Source of the DNA: Mytilus edulis
Taxonomy: Eukaryota
Reading direction: 5' to 3'
NCBI RefSeq assembly: GCF_963676685.1
Contig: NC_092355.1
Span: forward strand, 31,744,001 to 31,808,000
Length of the DNA stretch: 64,000 nt
Below the pieces are notes generated by a model that saw only the letters and a list, made by a program, of their open reading frames with translations, did not search any database and had not been told where the DNA came from. This document shows positions 53,601 to 64,000 of this stretch, in pieces. Positions within the stretch are counted from its first letter, which is position 1, and each line of letters starts with the position of its first letter. A program made the position numbers and the translations under genes.

Positions 53601-56000
53601 TTTTGTTCAGCCTTCGATAAAATCCGTGATGCAAAAGTTGTACAATAGTTTCACATTTGAACTAGCATAAGAGGATTTCTTGAAAGATGTACAACTAGCT
53701 ATGAATATACAAAAGGAACCGAAAACGGTAATTTTACCTTGTAATTCGTGTAAAATGTCACCAACTCTATTCTTCTCTTCTGATTCTCGATATGTTCTCA
53801 AACCTGAAATTACAATATTTGATAATGTGTTTTAAATTAGGTTATTTTTGCGTGCCATCCATATGCCGTGTCGGAACATTCTTAATCAATCCAAATCAGA
53901 TTCGTATTATCAATGTAACTGTTCAATTTAAATTGTTGTCAATATTTATTTTCCTTCATATTTATACCTATTATTGACCTGTTGCACCTATAAGATATTT
54001 TTAATCATTTTAGTTAACTTTTTTAAGCCCTATCTACAAAAGTTAATATCACGTTATTTCAATTACCCATCCAATTGCAAATAAGTATAATGAAGAAAGG
54101 GATTATCATTCTCTTACAAACTTAGACTATAGTAAAGTGCTCAAGGATAAAATGATCTCTTGGTTGGTTCCATTTAAAAATCAGTTCCAATGTCAGTGCA
54201 ATGTTTGCAATTAATGCATGACTTTCTTTATTAGCTATTTCATTTATGGATAAGTTTTAGTGATGTAAGGACTTTCTTTTAATTTTGGAAAATATTAAAG
54301 ATTGTGATTTAGACATTAGATGACACAACAGTACAATGAACTTGCAAGAAAAGTTTCTTGATTGTAAGGATGAAAAACAGGCTATTATTTGAACTTGGAA
54401 TTATTTTTAATTATGGAATTTGCATTGTTCTTGAAATTTTTAATAAATTCCATGTTTATTCTGTGCTTTAATGTTTTTTGCTGCGCACAGCAATTTCTAT
54501 TACAAATAAGATAGAACATTTTCAATAGAATGTACTGTGCCGCGCACAACACTATCTATACGAAATACATTTTATAGAAAGTGTTATGAACCACTCAAAA
54601 CATTTAAATACCAAATAAACATGGAATTCATTAAAAATTTCAAGTTCAAGAAATTATGCTAATTCCATAATTAAAAATAATTCCAAGTTCCAATAATAGC
54701 CTGTTGAATGTAAATCATATACATTTTTTTAGAGAGGAGTTATTTTTTTGGTTTATGTACAGTTTTAATTAATAAATTCAAAATTTGAATTACAACTAAA
54801 TTTTATTTTAAAGTCTTTGTTAGAACAATCCTTTGCATAAGATTTAAGGAAACAAGACACCGCCCCTCTTTTATTGGAAACGTTTGGTTGATAATTTAGG
54901 GATTCCATGAAGCATAAATGGAGCGGGCCACCCTCATTTTGTAGTCAGCGCATCTCCCCCTTTTATAAAAAATATTGGATCCGCTACTGCAGTTATTACT
55001 TTTTTTTGTCAGGAAACTATTAGAATCCAATGCTTTTGAACTATATTCAAAGTTTAGCTAATTTCCTTTTTCAAATAATCTGAGATTTTAAAATAGTATA
55101 TTTAGCTAAAAAGATTAATATATTTTTTTGTCTTGTATTGTTTAAAAAAAAAAATGTTTTGTATAAGTATTAATTTGAAGTTTTTTTTTAATATTCTCAA
55201 ATAACGTTAAAACTTCATATTGATTTAATTTAATTGTTTAATTCTTTCAAAATTTAACTTTTAGTCAGAATTCATCACAAATTCTTTAAAGCTGATAAAT
55301 GTGCTTTGGGGCATTTGTAAATCATTCATATAAACTATTTGGTGTGAGCTGTAAAAAGGCGTAGACAAAAGGTTAATCCTATACTAAGAACATGATTTCA
55401 TTCACTCTTCACAATTAAGAAACACCGAAACCTACAATTTCAAAAACAATTAACTTTCGATGCCTATGATTAGAAAGATTTCATCACTTCTTTCCAAAAG
55501 CCAAATTGGTCATGCTTTTATTTCCTTAAGACAAATATTGAAATAAGCAAATGTCAAAAATACAAGTCTTCGAACTTATGTAGTAAAAGCAGTTACACCA
55601 GCTGGATTTTAACATGAAGGAATAGAACAGACAGTTGTAAAAGACTGCAGTTAATTGATGTTGCCTGTTCAAGATAAATCGATACTCATTACTAAAAATG
55701 GCGAAACCAAAGTATTTTAAAATGTTATTTGATATCATATTGTTAACTTTTGTTTCATTTAATTTCTCCAATTCGTATTTTTATTCATCGTCTTGTAACC
55801 TTCCATGATAACAACTGTAATTATTAAAACACATTTGTGAAATGTAAACTAATGATATAATGACCCAGTGACATTTCTCATATTATATACTTTCTTATCG
55901 TATGATAAAAAAAATGAATGATCTTACCTTTTCCGTCTTTTGATTCCAAGGAAAAAATTAAGACGAACAAAAGTGACAACACGATAAAACTCTGTAACAT
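44439..56000 (-). CDS. Fibrinogen-related protein gene FREP-B (secreted, ficolin/angiopoietin-like architecture), ~340-344 aa. Exons: 56000-55928, 53987-53979, 53803-53738, 52950-52882, 52128-52057, 50955-50887, 50769-50710, 50477(or 50489)-50350, 45990-45894, 45358-45194, 44653-44439
   Basis: Manual splicing gives one open frame of 1023 nt (1035 with the upstream acceptor) with consistent intron phases. Signal peptide MLQSFIVLSLLFVLIFS; FReD motifs RDC, SGVYEI, YCDMDTDGGGWTIIQKR, NFQRTW, GFG..GEYWLGN, YELRIDL, YKLTIGGHSGDAGDSL, NGMKFSTVDRDND..NCA, WW..GC, MMIR. The FReD exons are secure; the short N-terminal exons are less so. Confidence 0.88.
45194..45358 (-). CDS. FREP-B FReD exon 3 (GNRHIHRLTTSGTYELRIDL...YKLTIGGHSGDA)
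   Basis: Canonical FReD motifs, 165 nt, phase 1-1, GT-AG boundaries. Confidence 0.95.
45894..45990 (-). CDS. FREP-B FReD exon 2 (IIQKRYDDSVNFQRTWTECENGFGYVNGEYWL)
   Basis: Canonical FReD motifs, 97 nt, phase 0-1, GT-AG boundaries. Confidence 0.95.
47946..48160 (-). repeat. Retroelement 3'-UTR-like repeat (gagcaggatctgcttacccttccggagcacctga family); relatives at 11632-11817 and 59815-59990
   Basis: Alignable copies within the window. Confidence 0.7.
48221..48830. mobile_element. TTAA-flanked MITE, Kolobok-like
   Basis: ttaa|GGTAGATGGGGTGTCT ... AGACACCCTATCTACC|ttaa; purine-purine termini rather than the piggyBac CCY. Confidence 0.85.
49534..49710 (+). mobile_element. tRNA-derived SINE
   Basis: Pol III box A-like TGGTCTAGCGG and box B GGTTCGAATC, expanded spacer, AT tail; no cloverleaf. 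Confidence 0.65.
49982..50328. mobile_element. Terminal-hairpin element (third family)
   Basis: Foldback at 49982-50124 followed by tattattacatt ... aatgtagttata short IR. Confidence 0.6.
50350..50489 (-). CDS. FREP-B FReD exon 1 ((GICI)GSARDCAEIKKYKATSGVYEIFPTKTEGVKAYCDMDTDGGGWT)
   Basis: Canonical FReD N-terminal motifs; two in-frame acceptors (exon start 50489 or 50477); donor |gtacgt. Confidence 0.92.
50710..50769 (-). CDS. FREP-B exon (ESRGEKEISRIVRLLKREVK)
   Basis: CTAAC branch-like motif upstream, ttttatag| acceptor, AG|gtaaat donor, 60 nt, phase 1-1. Confidence 0.7.
50887..50955 (-). CDS. FREP-B candidate exon with a GC donor (VDRTGYTQVVDVEALYQEFVKKK)
   Basis: atttcag| acceptor; AAG|gcaatg non-canonical donor; 69 nt, phase 1-1; read-through meets an in-frame TAA at 50870-50872. 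Confidence 0.5.
51800..52022 (+). repeat. Interspersed repeat (aggggccagctgaaggacgcc family); second copy at ~20880-21053
   Basis: Two alignable copies ending cattctcaatttta. Confidence 0.75.
52057..52128 (-). CDS. FREP-B exon (NIAVYKDVIKMNKLLKKDITWILE)
   Basis: ttttgaatag| acceptor, AG|gtcagt donor, 72 nt, phase 1-1. Confidence 0.72.
52882..52950 (-). CDS. FREP-B exon (GICLHEKDRDVAQLKKDTQFILK)
   Basis: tttatag| acceptor, |gtaagt donor, 69 nt, phase 1-1. Confidence 0.75.
53738..53803 (-). CDS. FREP-B exon (GLRTYRESEEKNRVGDILHELQ)
   Basis: tttcag| acceptor, |gtaaaa donor, 66 nt, phase 1-1; conserved in the paralog at 254-319. Confidence 0.78.
53979..53987 (-). CDS. FREP-B candidate 9-nt microexon (G-A-T)
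   Basis: Minus strand reads cttatag|GTGCAACAG|gtcaat; phase 1-1 and frame-preserving; the 9 nt are identical in the paralog at 500-508. Confidence 0.45.
54376..54705. mobile_element. Foldback MITE with ~100-bp imperfect TIRs in FREP-B intron 1
   Basis: aacaggctattatttgaacttggaattatttttaattatggaatt / aattccataattaaaaataattccaagttccaataatagcctgtt. Confidence 0.85.
55928..56000 (-). CDS. FREP-B exon 1 (signal peptide, MLQSFIVLSLLFVLIFSLESKDGK)
   Basis: ATG at 56000, hydrophobic leader, donor AG|GTAAGA; same 73-nt length as the paralog exon at 5536-5608. Confidence 0.8.
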
Positions 56001-57143
56001 ATTGAGACAATGATGTTCCTCAACAAACGAGACTGTGAAATTGTTGTATGGAAATACAGAAAAATATCATTTGTTATAAAACGATTTTGTTGCATGTAAA
56101 CTTTAAAAAAAAACCCATATTAACTTTCACTGGTATCCAGATGGTGCACATCTTTTTTCGTTAACTAAACAGAAAAAAAATCGATTATTTGAAAGTTTTG
56201 GTTGCAGAAATATTGCATTATAAATAATTTTTCATGATTTTTCTAATATCAAAATTAAGGAATAAAAGTACAAATTGTCGGAAGCATTACAGTTTCATTA
56301 ATAATATTTGCACAATTGACTTCGTTCATATCTTTTAAGCATATTAGTCAGCACTTCTGTGTTTTCATGAAGTATCGTTATTATAGTTAACTGTTTATAA
56401 AAATTCCAAAAAATCAGAAATAGAAAGCTGTTTTGATAAGTAAATACTCATTATTGTTGATTTCAGTTGCTCTGCTTTAAAATTACATTGGAGTTGCATT
56501 TGTATCGTTGACAAACATCTGAATACCATATAATGATAAGGGACGACATAAAAAAATCAATGAAGGATAAAAAACTTTATTCAAATTGTTTGGGGGTGGG
56601 TGGGTTCAAATTCCTGCAAGTTTTGTATAAATTGACATCGATTTAACATTTATCCGTATTGATCAATCAATAGTTCCCTAATTAAGTTAAGAGGGGGGTA
56701 GGGGGGTCAGTAAAAAAACTATATAAATTAAGATTTTTTTTATCCTTCATTGAACTTTTGATGTCGTCCCTAACAAGGACGAGTTGTACGCATTGATTGA
56801 TATATGTAAACGCCATACGATTTGGGTAAAGGGTATAGTGCTGATTTACTGGTTTATAAGTTAAAATCACCACGTTCGTCATTTAGTCTAATTTGAAGTT
56901 GTCTATTCATGTCAACATTGGAAAACATATTAAGATATCAATCGGATCTTCTTGGTTTAATAGTTCCCTTTATTTTAAGTTCACTGAAATATTTTGTGTC
57001 CAAACATAAAATGTAATGTAAGTTATTTGAGTGACTTTGCATCATCAATATATCTTAAAATGAAATTAAAGAACCTTGAAAAAGTCTTTTTTTCTTAAAA
57101 CTTTTAGAAGGTTTCCTATGAGTATACAAACAAATCATCCAAT

Positions 57144-57483
57144 AACAAGAATGTGTCCCAAGTACACGGATGCCCCACTCGCACTATCATTTTCTTTGTT
57201 CAGTGGACCGTGAAATTGGGGTCAAAACTTTAATTTGGAATTAAAATTAGAAAGATCATATCATAGGGATCATGTGTACTAAGTTTCAAGTTGATTAGAC
57301 TTCAACTCCTTCAAAAATTACCTTGACCAAAAACTTTAACCTGAAGCGAACGGACGCACAGACGGGCGAACGGACGCACAGACGGACGGTACGACGCACA
57401 GATGGACAAACGGACGCACGGACGAACGGAGGCACAGACCAGAAAACATAATGCCCCTCTACTATCGTAGGTGGGGCATAAAA
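57144..57483 (+). mobile_element. HINE/DINE-1-like (Helentron-derived, pearl-type) non-autonomous element
   Basis: AACAAG start, atgcccc subterminal motif, core, (ACGG/ACAG)n microsatellite, 3' palindrome atgcccctctac-tatc-gtaggtggggcat; absent at the paralogous site near 6660. Confidence 0.85.
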
Positions 57484-57739
57484 ACAAGTTATGTTGATCA
57501 AGAGAAGAATATAGGATTTTAATAAAGTCATAATTGGTGTATTTGATATAAGAATAAGCGTCTTTTTCACAAACTCTGATTATTTAAAACCTATAACAAG
57601 ATTTGTATCTTCAATTCCCAGTATTATTCAAAACGTTCTGTTTAATGAGTCGATGTAAACGTAGTCAATTTGTTAATTGATTATGCGTAATATTAGAATA
57701 AAAACTTACCAAAAAGACTAAAAAAAAAATTTGGTAAGC

Positions 57740-58100
57740 TTGCCGCTGGTTTTTATCTGCATCTAACCCATAATCAAAACAATTTACATGACTAAGTAAA
57801 ATTTAAATTTAAAACCTTTTAACTAGTAGTCATTAAGCGTCGAAAAGTCTAGAGTTTTGATATTACTACGAACAAAAATGATTGTGATTGAAGTTTTTGG
57901 CGTACATATTTAGAAATTTTTAAGAATCCACATTTGCATGACATCATTGCTTGAATATACCTCATCATTAAATAAGTTTTTTTGTGAAGTTTAGGCATCC
58001 AGTATTTAGAAGGAAGATCTTTATTGTTCCTTTTTAATGTTATTAGCAAAATAGAGAAGTACAGATTTTTCCAAAATCTCCACTTTTCGAGAACGATAAA
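57740..58100 (-). pseudogene. Decayed Penelope-like RT fragment (also present at ~6920-7320)
   Basis: LPSKYWMPKLHK motif, plus frameshifted WILKN-like and DFSTL-like remnants. Confidence 0.55.
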
Positions 58101-58767
58101 GGGTCAATATGCACTCTTACATACATACATAATACATTTGTAATGTTATCAATTCATATTTAAAAAAAACCAAACACGTACAAATGTTATGTAAGTAAAA
58201 ATTCTGGAGAGAATCATTCCCGCCAATTTTTCAATGGTTTCTATCTTTCGTATGATCGTGATCGTCTATCAATAATAATATTTGAAATACGTAATATCTA
58301 GGAAATAAACGATTAAGTAATATATGAATCAAATATAATTATATCGGACGTTCATTCGTTCCCAATATTCCAATAGTTTTCCTTTCCGTATAAAAAACTT
58401 TACAAATCATGAGCTGGTTAGGAAAGGTATGTTAGGGATTTAGCACTACGAAAGTAATAGATGACAGTGGCGAACTTTTCCTAAGGGGGTGGGGGCTCCA
58501 GTCATGTTTCAATGATTCCCTATATAATCAACCAAATTTTTCTCACGAAAGAGGGGACCGGGGACCCCAAGGCCCCCCCCCCCTAGATGCGCCTCTGGAA
58601 GAAACTTTTTAAAATTTGCTTTAGGCATTTAGCACAACACAACTAATGAATCAACTTTTTTAAACCTGAAATATTCATTTTTTGCAGCCTGAAACACCGA
58701 ATGACCAACGCGACCCATATTTAAATGAAAATCATGACATAAACTGCATTTGTATGTATTAACAAGG

Positions 58768-59115
58768 AATAAATAAATTTGGTGTATTTACTGTCTTCTG
58801 ATTGGTTAAAACTATTAGTTTTATTTTCAATGTTGTCAATTTTTATGGCGACACGCCCACTCCGCTGACGTTGTGTATTCATACGCCAACATGTGTGTAC
58901 GTTGTAATTGTTAATATAAATAATATAAAAAGTTCTTTGAGCTTTATTTTTGATAGAAATTTATTTATAATGAATGGCAATAATTTATTTTGAATTTATT
59001 GAACCATAAAATTAATTTTTGACTCTTCACATTTTACATAATCCGCTTCTTGGATTGTTCAATGTGAAGAGTCAAAAATTAATTTTATGGTTCAATAAAT
59101 TAAAAATAAATAATA
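58768..59115. mobile_element. Insertion ending in a near-perfect 51-bp-arm palindrome
   Basis: Arms at 58983-59033 and 59061-59111; absent from the paralogous segment near 7840-7860. Confidence 0.75.
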
Positions 59116-62100
59116 GACAGTCATTAAATACTGTCGATTTTAATTAAAGTCCAAATGACTTTAAAAATGTTAATTTAATATTTCAACTCTGTTTTATCAA
59201 CATTCGTAAGAAAATAAGACTACTTTAGATTTCATGTGTTGACACTGTTTGACAATACCGCCGAATGATGCGAATATACGTATACATTATTTAGGAATTG
59301 TAACGATATCTGAATAATTTCAAAACAAAAACAATCGGGATGATCTTTGGTTCTCAGGAAGGGTACAGAGATCATGGGCCATATTATTACGACCGTCCTT
59401 TTACTTCTGAAAATCGATAAGTCATATGACGTAATCAACATTCAGCAATATATGATTGATTTTTGGCTCTCATCTAACGACAGGCATTTAAATGTAGAAC
59501 CAACAAAAGTTCAAATAGGATTTTCTCAAACAAAATGCATGAAGTATTCAATGTGTTGGCTTCATCAATTCAAAATGAAAGCCTTTTGAAAATAGCATCC
59601 AGCCTTATGTGTCTCGTGACATAGATGATTGCATGATACAGACGCTTAACTCACGTATTGGTTGATGTGTAATTAAGAACGATACAAACCGTGCGAATAA
59701 ACTCTTTCCAGTCAATGGTAAGGAATCTACGGAGAAATGACGACAGAAGTTTGTGCTTAAAGTTTTGTTCCCTGTGGTATGTAATTGTAGATGTCAATTA
59801 TCTGGGGTAAAGAACACAATAACAATCAAAACCAAGGTGTAAACAAAGACTCACAAAACCAAAGGACATTTACATCAACAGTCATGAATAATAAATAAGA
59901 AACAACACGAACTCCACTAAAAATCGGGAGTGAAATCAGGTGCTCCGGAAGGGTAAGCATTTCCTGCACCGTATACGGAACCCGTCGTGTTAGTTCTTTG
60001 TTAAATACTAGAGAGATGTAAAACAATCCTTGACAAGACCAAAATAAAAGAACAACGAGACTTCATCAGCACATGCAAAAGATATGACCAAGAGGTTAGA
60101 TATGGCAAGCTGCAAGGCTTTAAATTTAGAAACAAGTTTAAGATTTTATTTTTTTTTAATTGAAAATTATTTCTAGAGACTCTAGGGGAATTCACTTTGG
60201 TATCTATCGACTCCCTTCTACTTTTCATATCGTTTGTAATGGTCAAATACAGTTCACAATAAAACTTTTATGAAATGTTTGCTATATAGAAAAAGGCATA
60301 GCATATTGGTGCAGGAAAAGTTACATTATGAAAAAGAAATAAAACTGTTTTCTTCGGCCAAATTTTACTGGAAAATAAAATAAACGTACCTGACAGTAAT
60401 TCTCACGTTGTATTAATGTCAATCGTTTCCAACAGTGTTCAAACAATGGGATAGTATATACTGAAATAAGATTTTGACTCGCGTCTGGCATGCGAAATTA
60501 TTATCATCGCGTTCCTTGTGATTAATACATCTTCAACACCGAAACTTTTGAATTGTAGTACTAGTATACAGTCCACAACCACCTTTAAATAATCTACTTA
60601 GGGAACGTCTGCGATAGTAGTTCTGTTTGCTTCCTCTAATAGTATGATATTATGACTCAAGGTTTGTTGTTCATCTGTTTGTCTGTTAATATATCCGTCT
60701 GTTCATTCGTCCGTCTGTCCATCCAATGTCAGTTTGAATTTTTGAGTAGTGTAACAGAACGTTGTTTTCATAAAAACTTGGTACCTATTACATATGTTTG
60801 TTATGACGTGAATATTGTAAATAATGCTGATAGTTATCAACCCTATTTAATGATTCACTAATATGTGAACTTCGTAAAACACATGTTTCGTGAAAAGAAT
60901 GAACTATGACGTTGAAGTGACATCATTTTGGAATTTTCTACAAATGAGTAAGATTTGATCTACTCCATATACATGCAAAATTTAAAGATTCCCCACATCT
61001 TTACATTTTAATGACGAAAGAAATATAGTGAAAGTCGAAAAGTCGACATATGGAAACACATGCTTAACTACTTAGTAATGTCTAAACCTTAAAAATATTG
61101 AGATTTCATTTTTACTGTGTAGGAAAATTTCAAGTCGTTTTTAAAATTCTGCTCTATAGAAACCAAGTTCATTTTTATACTTACTTTATAACAATATACA
61201 TGTATAAAAGAGTGAAATCCCCAAAATACTAAACTCTGACGGAAAATTCAAACAGGAAAGTTACTAATCAAATGGCAAAATCTAAAGCTGAAACACATCA
61301 AACAAATGTCATATTCTTGACTTGGTACAATCATGTTCTCATGAAGAAAACTGTGGATTAAATTTGGTTTTATAGCTAGCTCAACTTCTCACCTGTATGA
61401 TAGTCGCATACAATTCCATAATATTGACAACGATATGTGAACAAAACAACAGATATAAATAATACTGTAGTTTTTACAGAAAAAAAAAGATTGTGCCCCA
61501 AAAATATGTTATTTAACAAACGAAATATAATAGAGTCATTTGTACCCGAAATGCATAACACGAAATTACCCTTTTAGCTACTGTTATCAAAATGAATTAT
61601 TTGGAAAAACAATTGTTCTAATAAAAATAGGATGAACGAAAATAAATACCTAACATTTTGCAGAACACAAAGGGTGGGTTATGGTTTTCCTAAAAAAATA
61701 TTGTGATCCCGAATTTGATGAAAACATGTTTTGTTCAACCCCAGATGACAATAAAAAAATAAATCTATATTTTCCCTATACCTAAAAGTGTTAAATTTCA
61801 AAAAATTCTGACTCAGATAAATACCCATTTGCTCTCAAACTACAAGTTGACTGGTTACTCTCAAATACTATATTGTAATGGATGCACGATCTGTAGGGCG
61901 TGACGTAATATGAACAATCTTATTGCTTATTGTTGTAAATGTATATAAGAACTTTCTACTATAACAATATATCAAATAGGGATACACTATTTATCATCTG
62001 TAGACGTACATGTACATAGACAACAAAGAATATTCAGGTTTGTGTTTAATGTCAAATATGATTTGAACTGGTATATCATTTAAATTTATAAGGTATAAAG

Positions 62101-62539
62101 ACAATGGTTGAAATTTCTTAATCTTACTGAAATAAGCATAATTTAGTTTATTTTGTAGAAAATTTGTTTTAAAACAGTAATTCAGTCTAAGACAAACAAG
62201 AAAGAATATAGCATGCTCGATCCCTTCAATACTATATTCCAGCGATTATTCGAAAAATAATTAAACATTACATTGTTAATATCGAATCACTTTAAACAAT
62301 ACCGATTACATATGCGTGAGGATGGTTGATTTACTATTCACCTTGCATCAATAAAAAGCGTGTGTAAGATATGGATACGAAAGGTCAACAATGATCACAT
62401 TTATGTCACAAATTGTCAACAAAAGTTACCCCAAGATACCTTTGGTTGTTCATTTTTAACCTAAAATACATATTTAAACGCACCCTAAATATGCCAATGA
62501 GACAAATTGAACACATGTGAATGTGTAACTCAATAATCT

Positions 62540-63458
62540 GTAAATATTCCGTTCGAGTATTCATCATTTGGCTTGCCTCTATCGATTTAACAGCATGTTT
62601 GTTTTGTATGCCTTTTGAGATTTTTGTTATAAGATACAACTACACATTTTCATCTGTCGTTGCTTGCAAAGTCTTTAGATTTCTAAGTCACATGGTTACA
62701 GTGGCCTCCGGCTGTTTATTGACTTCTATTGCTATTGAAAGATATAAGATAATTGTAAAAAACTTGCACGTCCTTTTTGATAATTCCCAAAGGTCGAATG
62801 TCATATCTGCCAGTCTGGTAAAATTATCCACGATATTGTCAATTTGGGCAGTAATATTTTATGGTCTGAACGTAAAAGAAACAGATATTTTGTACCTTAT
62901 CGGCAAATTGTATAATTTTATTAGATAGAGAATAATGCATGGCAAAATCCGTATCATATGTCGTATCATCCCGAGACATCAATATCAGCCCAAGGGCCTT
63001 TAGGCCCGAGGGATGATATTGGTCGAGGGTGATACGGCATGTGATACGGATTTTGCCATGTATTATACGCTTTATCATATATTTCAACAGAAGAGTATTA
63101 TATTATATGAACTGTTTTCTGATCCCGATAGATTAGCACTGGGTTACCTTCAGTTCTGCTTTTGTCTTGGTTCAAAGCCTTAAAATAACTGCTTATACAA
63201 AGCACCTGGGTTACCTTACCATTTGCCTGCTGCTGTTTTAAAAATATTTTGTTTATTATTGTATTTATTTGAGTGTTTTGTATTTTTTATAGTTGCATTT
63301 AGTGTGCCAAAAAATATGCAAACTTGATGTTCGTGACGTCACATACAATATGAAAACTTGACGTTCGTGACGTTACATACCAAACAATGACGTCATTAAA
63401 AAAAATGACCTATTTTGAGGAATTTTTTTCTTAAGCAAAAAAAAAACAAAAAACTTTA

Positions 63459-63491
<33 letters not shown>

Positions 63492-64000
63492 TATGCGATA
63501 CGGGTTTTACCATGCGATACGGGGTATGCGATACGGGTTTAGCTATGCGATACGGGGTATGCGATACAGGGTAGGTGATACAGACTGGAAAAACAACCTT
63601 TATTAGATATACAAAATAGCTGTATTTTGTACTAAATATATGATAAAGTATCAGATCATACTTAATGTAGGAGTTAATTACAGTATATTAGTAATGATTG
63701 ATTCAGCTGGTGTTGTCATATGTATCTTTTACCGTGGAAAAATACGTTGTAAAATTTGTACCCAGAAAGATTGGAGCCAATCATTAGTAAAGAATCCAGA
63801 TTCGTTTTCCAATTTACATTCGGAGACACGGGTAATATATACTATTTAAAATGGGGATAACAAAATATATAAAGTGCACATTAAACTTTCTAACAGTGAA
63901 AAGAAAAAGGGTACTCGTTCATCACACAATCTTTGAAATGCTATTCGACTAACAATAAGCCTTATGATAGCAACCGCTATTTCCTATATAGGGTATATGT
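62540..64000 (+). pseudogene. Disrupted paralog of the 32787 GPCR
   Basis: VRVFIIWLASIDLTACLFCMPFEIF...IAIERY matches TM2-TM3. TM1 not recognisable; apparent frameshift near 62908; ~720-bp insertion at 62927-63645; resumes KYQ...GKIRCKICTQ (TM5); in-frame stops at 63847-63849 and 63934-63936; then RLTISLMIATAISYIGY (TM6) to the window edge. Confidence 0.88.
62927..63645. mobile_element. Terminal-hairpin element inserted in the GPCR pseudogene
   Basis: Foldback at ~62928-63070, tttatcatatat/atatatgataaa IR, three ggtatgcgatac repeats; GPCR homology resumes directly after it. Confidence 0.88.

Larger units (their letters stand above)
53480..61640 (+). repeat. Segmental duplication, copy B
   Basis: Collinear with 1-11350 (see copy A). 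Confidence 0.9.

Noticed and set aside
62521-62928. Intact short GPCR gene, or a spliced two-exon GPCR
   Set aside because: TM1 is missing, there is a frameshift, the interruption is a transposon without GT-AG ends, and two in-frame stops follow

Overview
AT-rich, repeat-dense eukaryotic genomic DNA. The interspersed repeats and genes look like those of a bivalve mollusc, probably Mytilus (inference). Genes: (1) a complete, hand-spliced ~11-exon fibrinogen-related protein gene (FREP-B) on the minus strand at 44439-56000, encoding a signal peptide, five short phase-1 helical exons and a fibrinogen C-terminal (FReD) domain; (2) the 5' exons of a paralog (FREP-A, 254-5608) that runs off the left edge; (3) a class A GPCR with an uninterrupted CDS at 32787-33932; (4) a disrupted GPCR paralog at ~62540-64000. 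Region ~1-11350 is a diverged segmental duplicate of ~53480-61640, which supplies empty-site evidence for several insertions. The rest is mobile or repetitive DNA: a TA-flanked TIR element carrying a ~429-bp satellite, a 30-bp minisatellite, a Penelope-like RT fragment, hammerhead-ribozyme repeats (one with an intact core), SINEs, nested MITEs, several elements ending in a long hairpin, and recent local tandem duplications. All coordinates and identities were read by eye; none were computed or database-checked.
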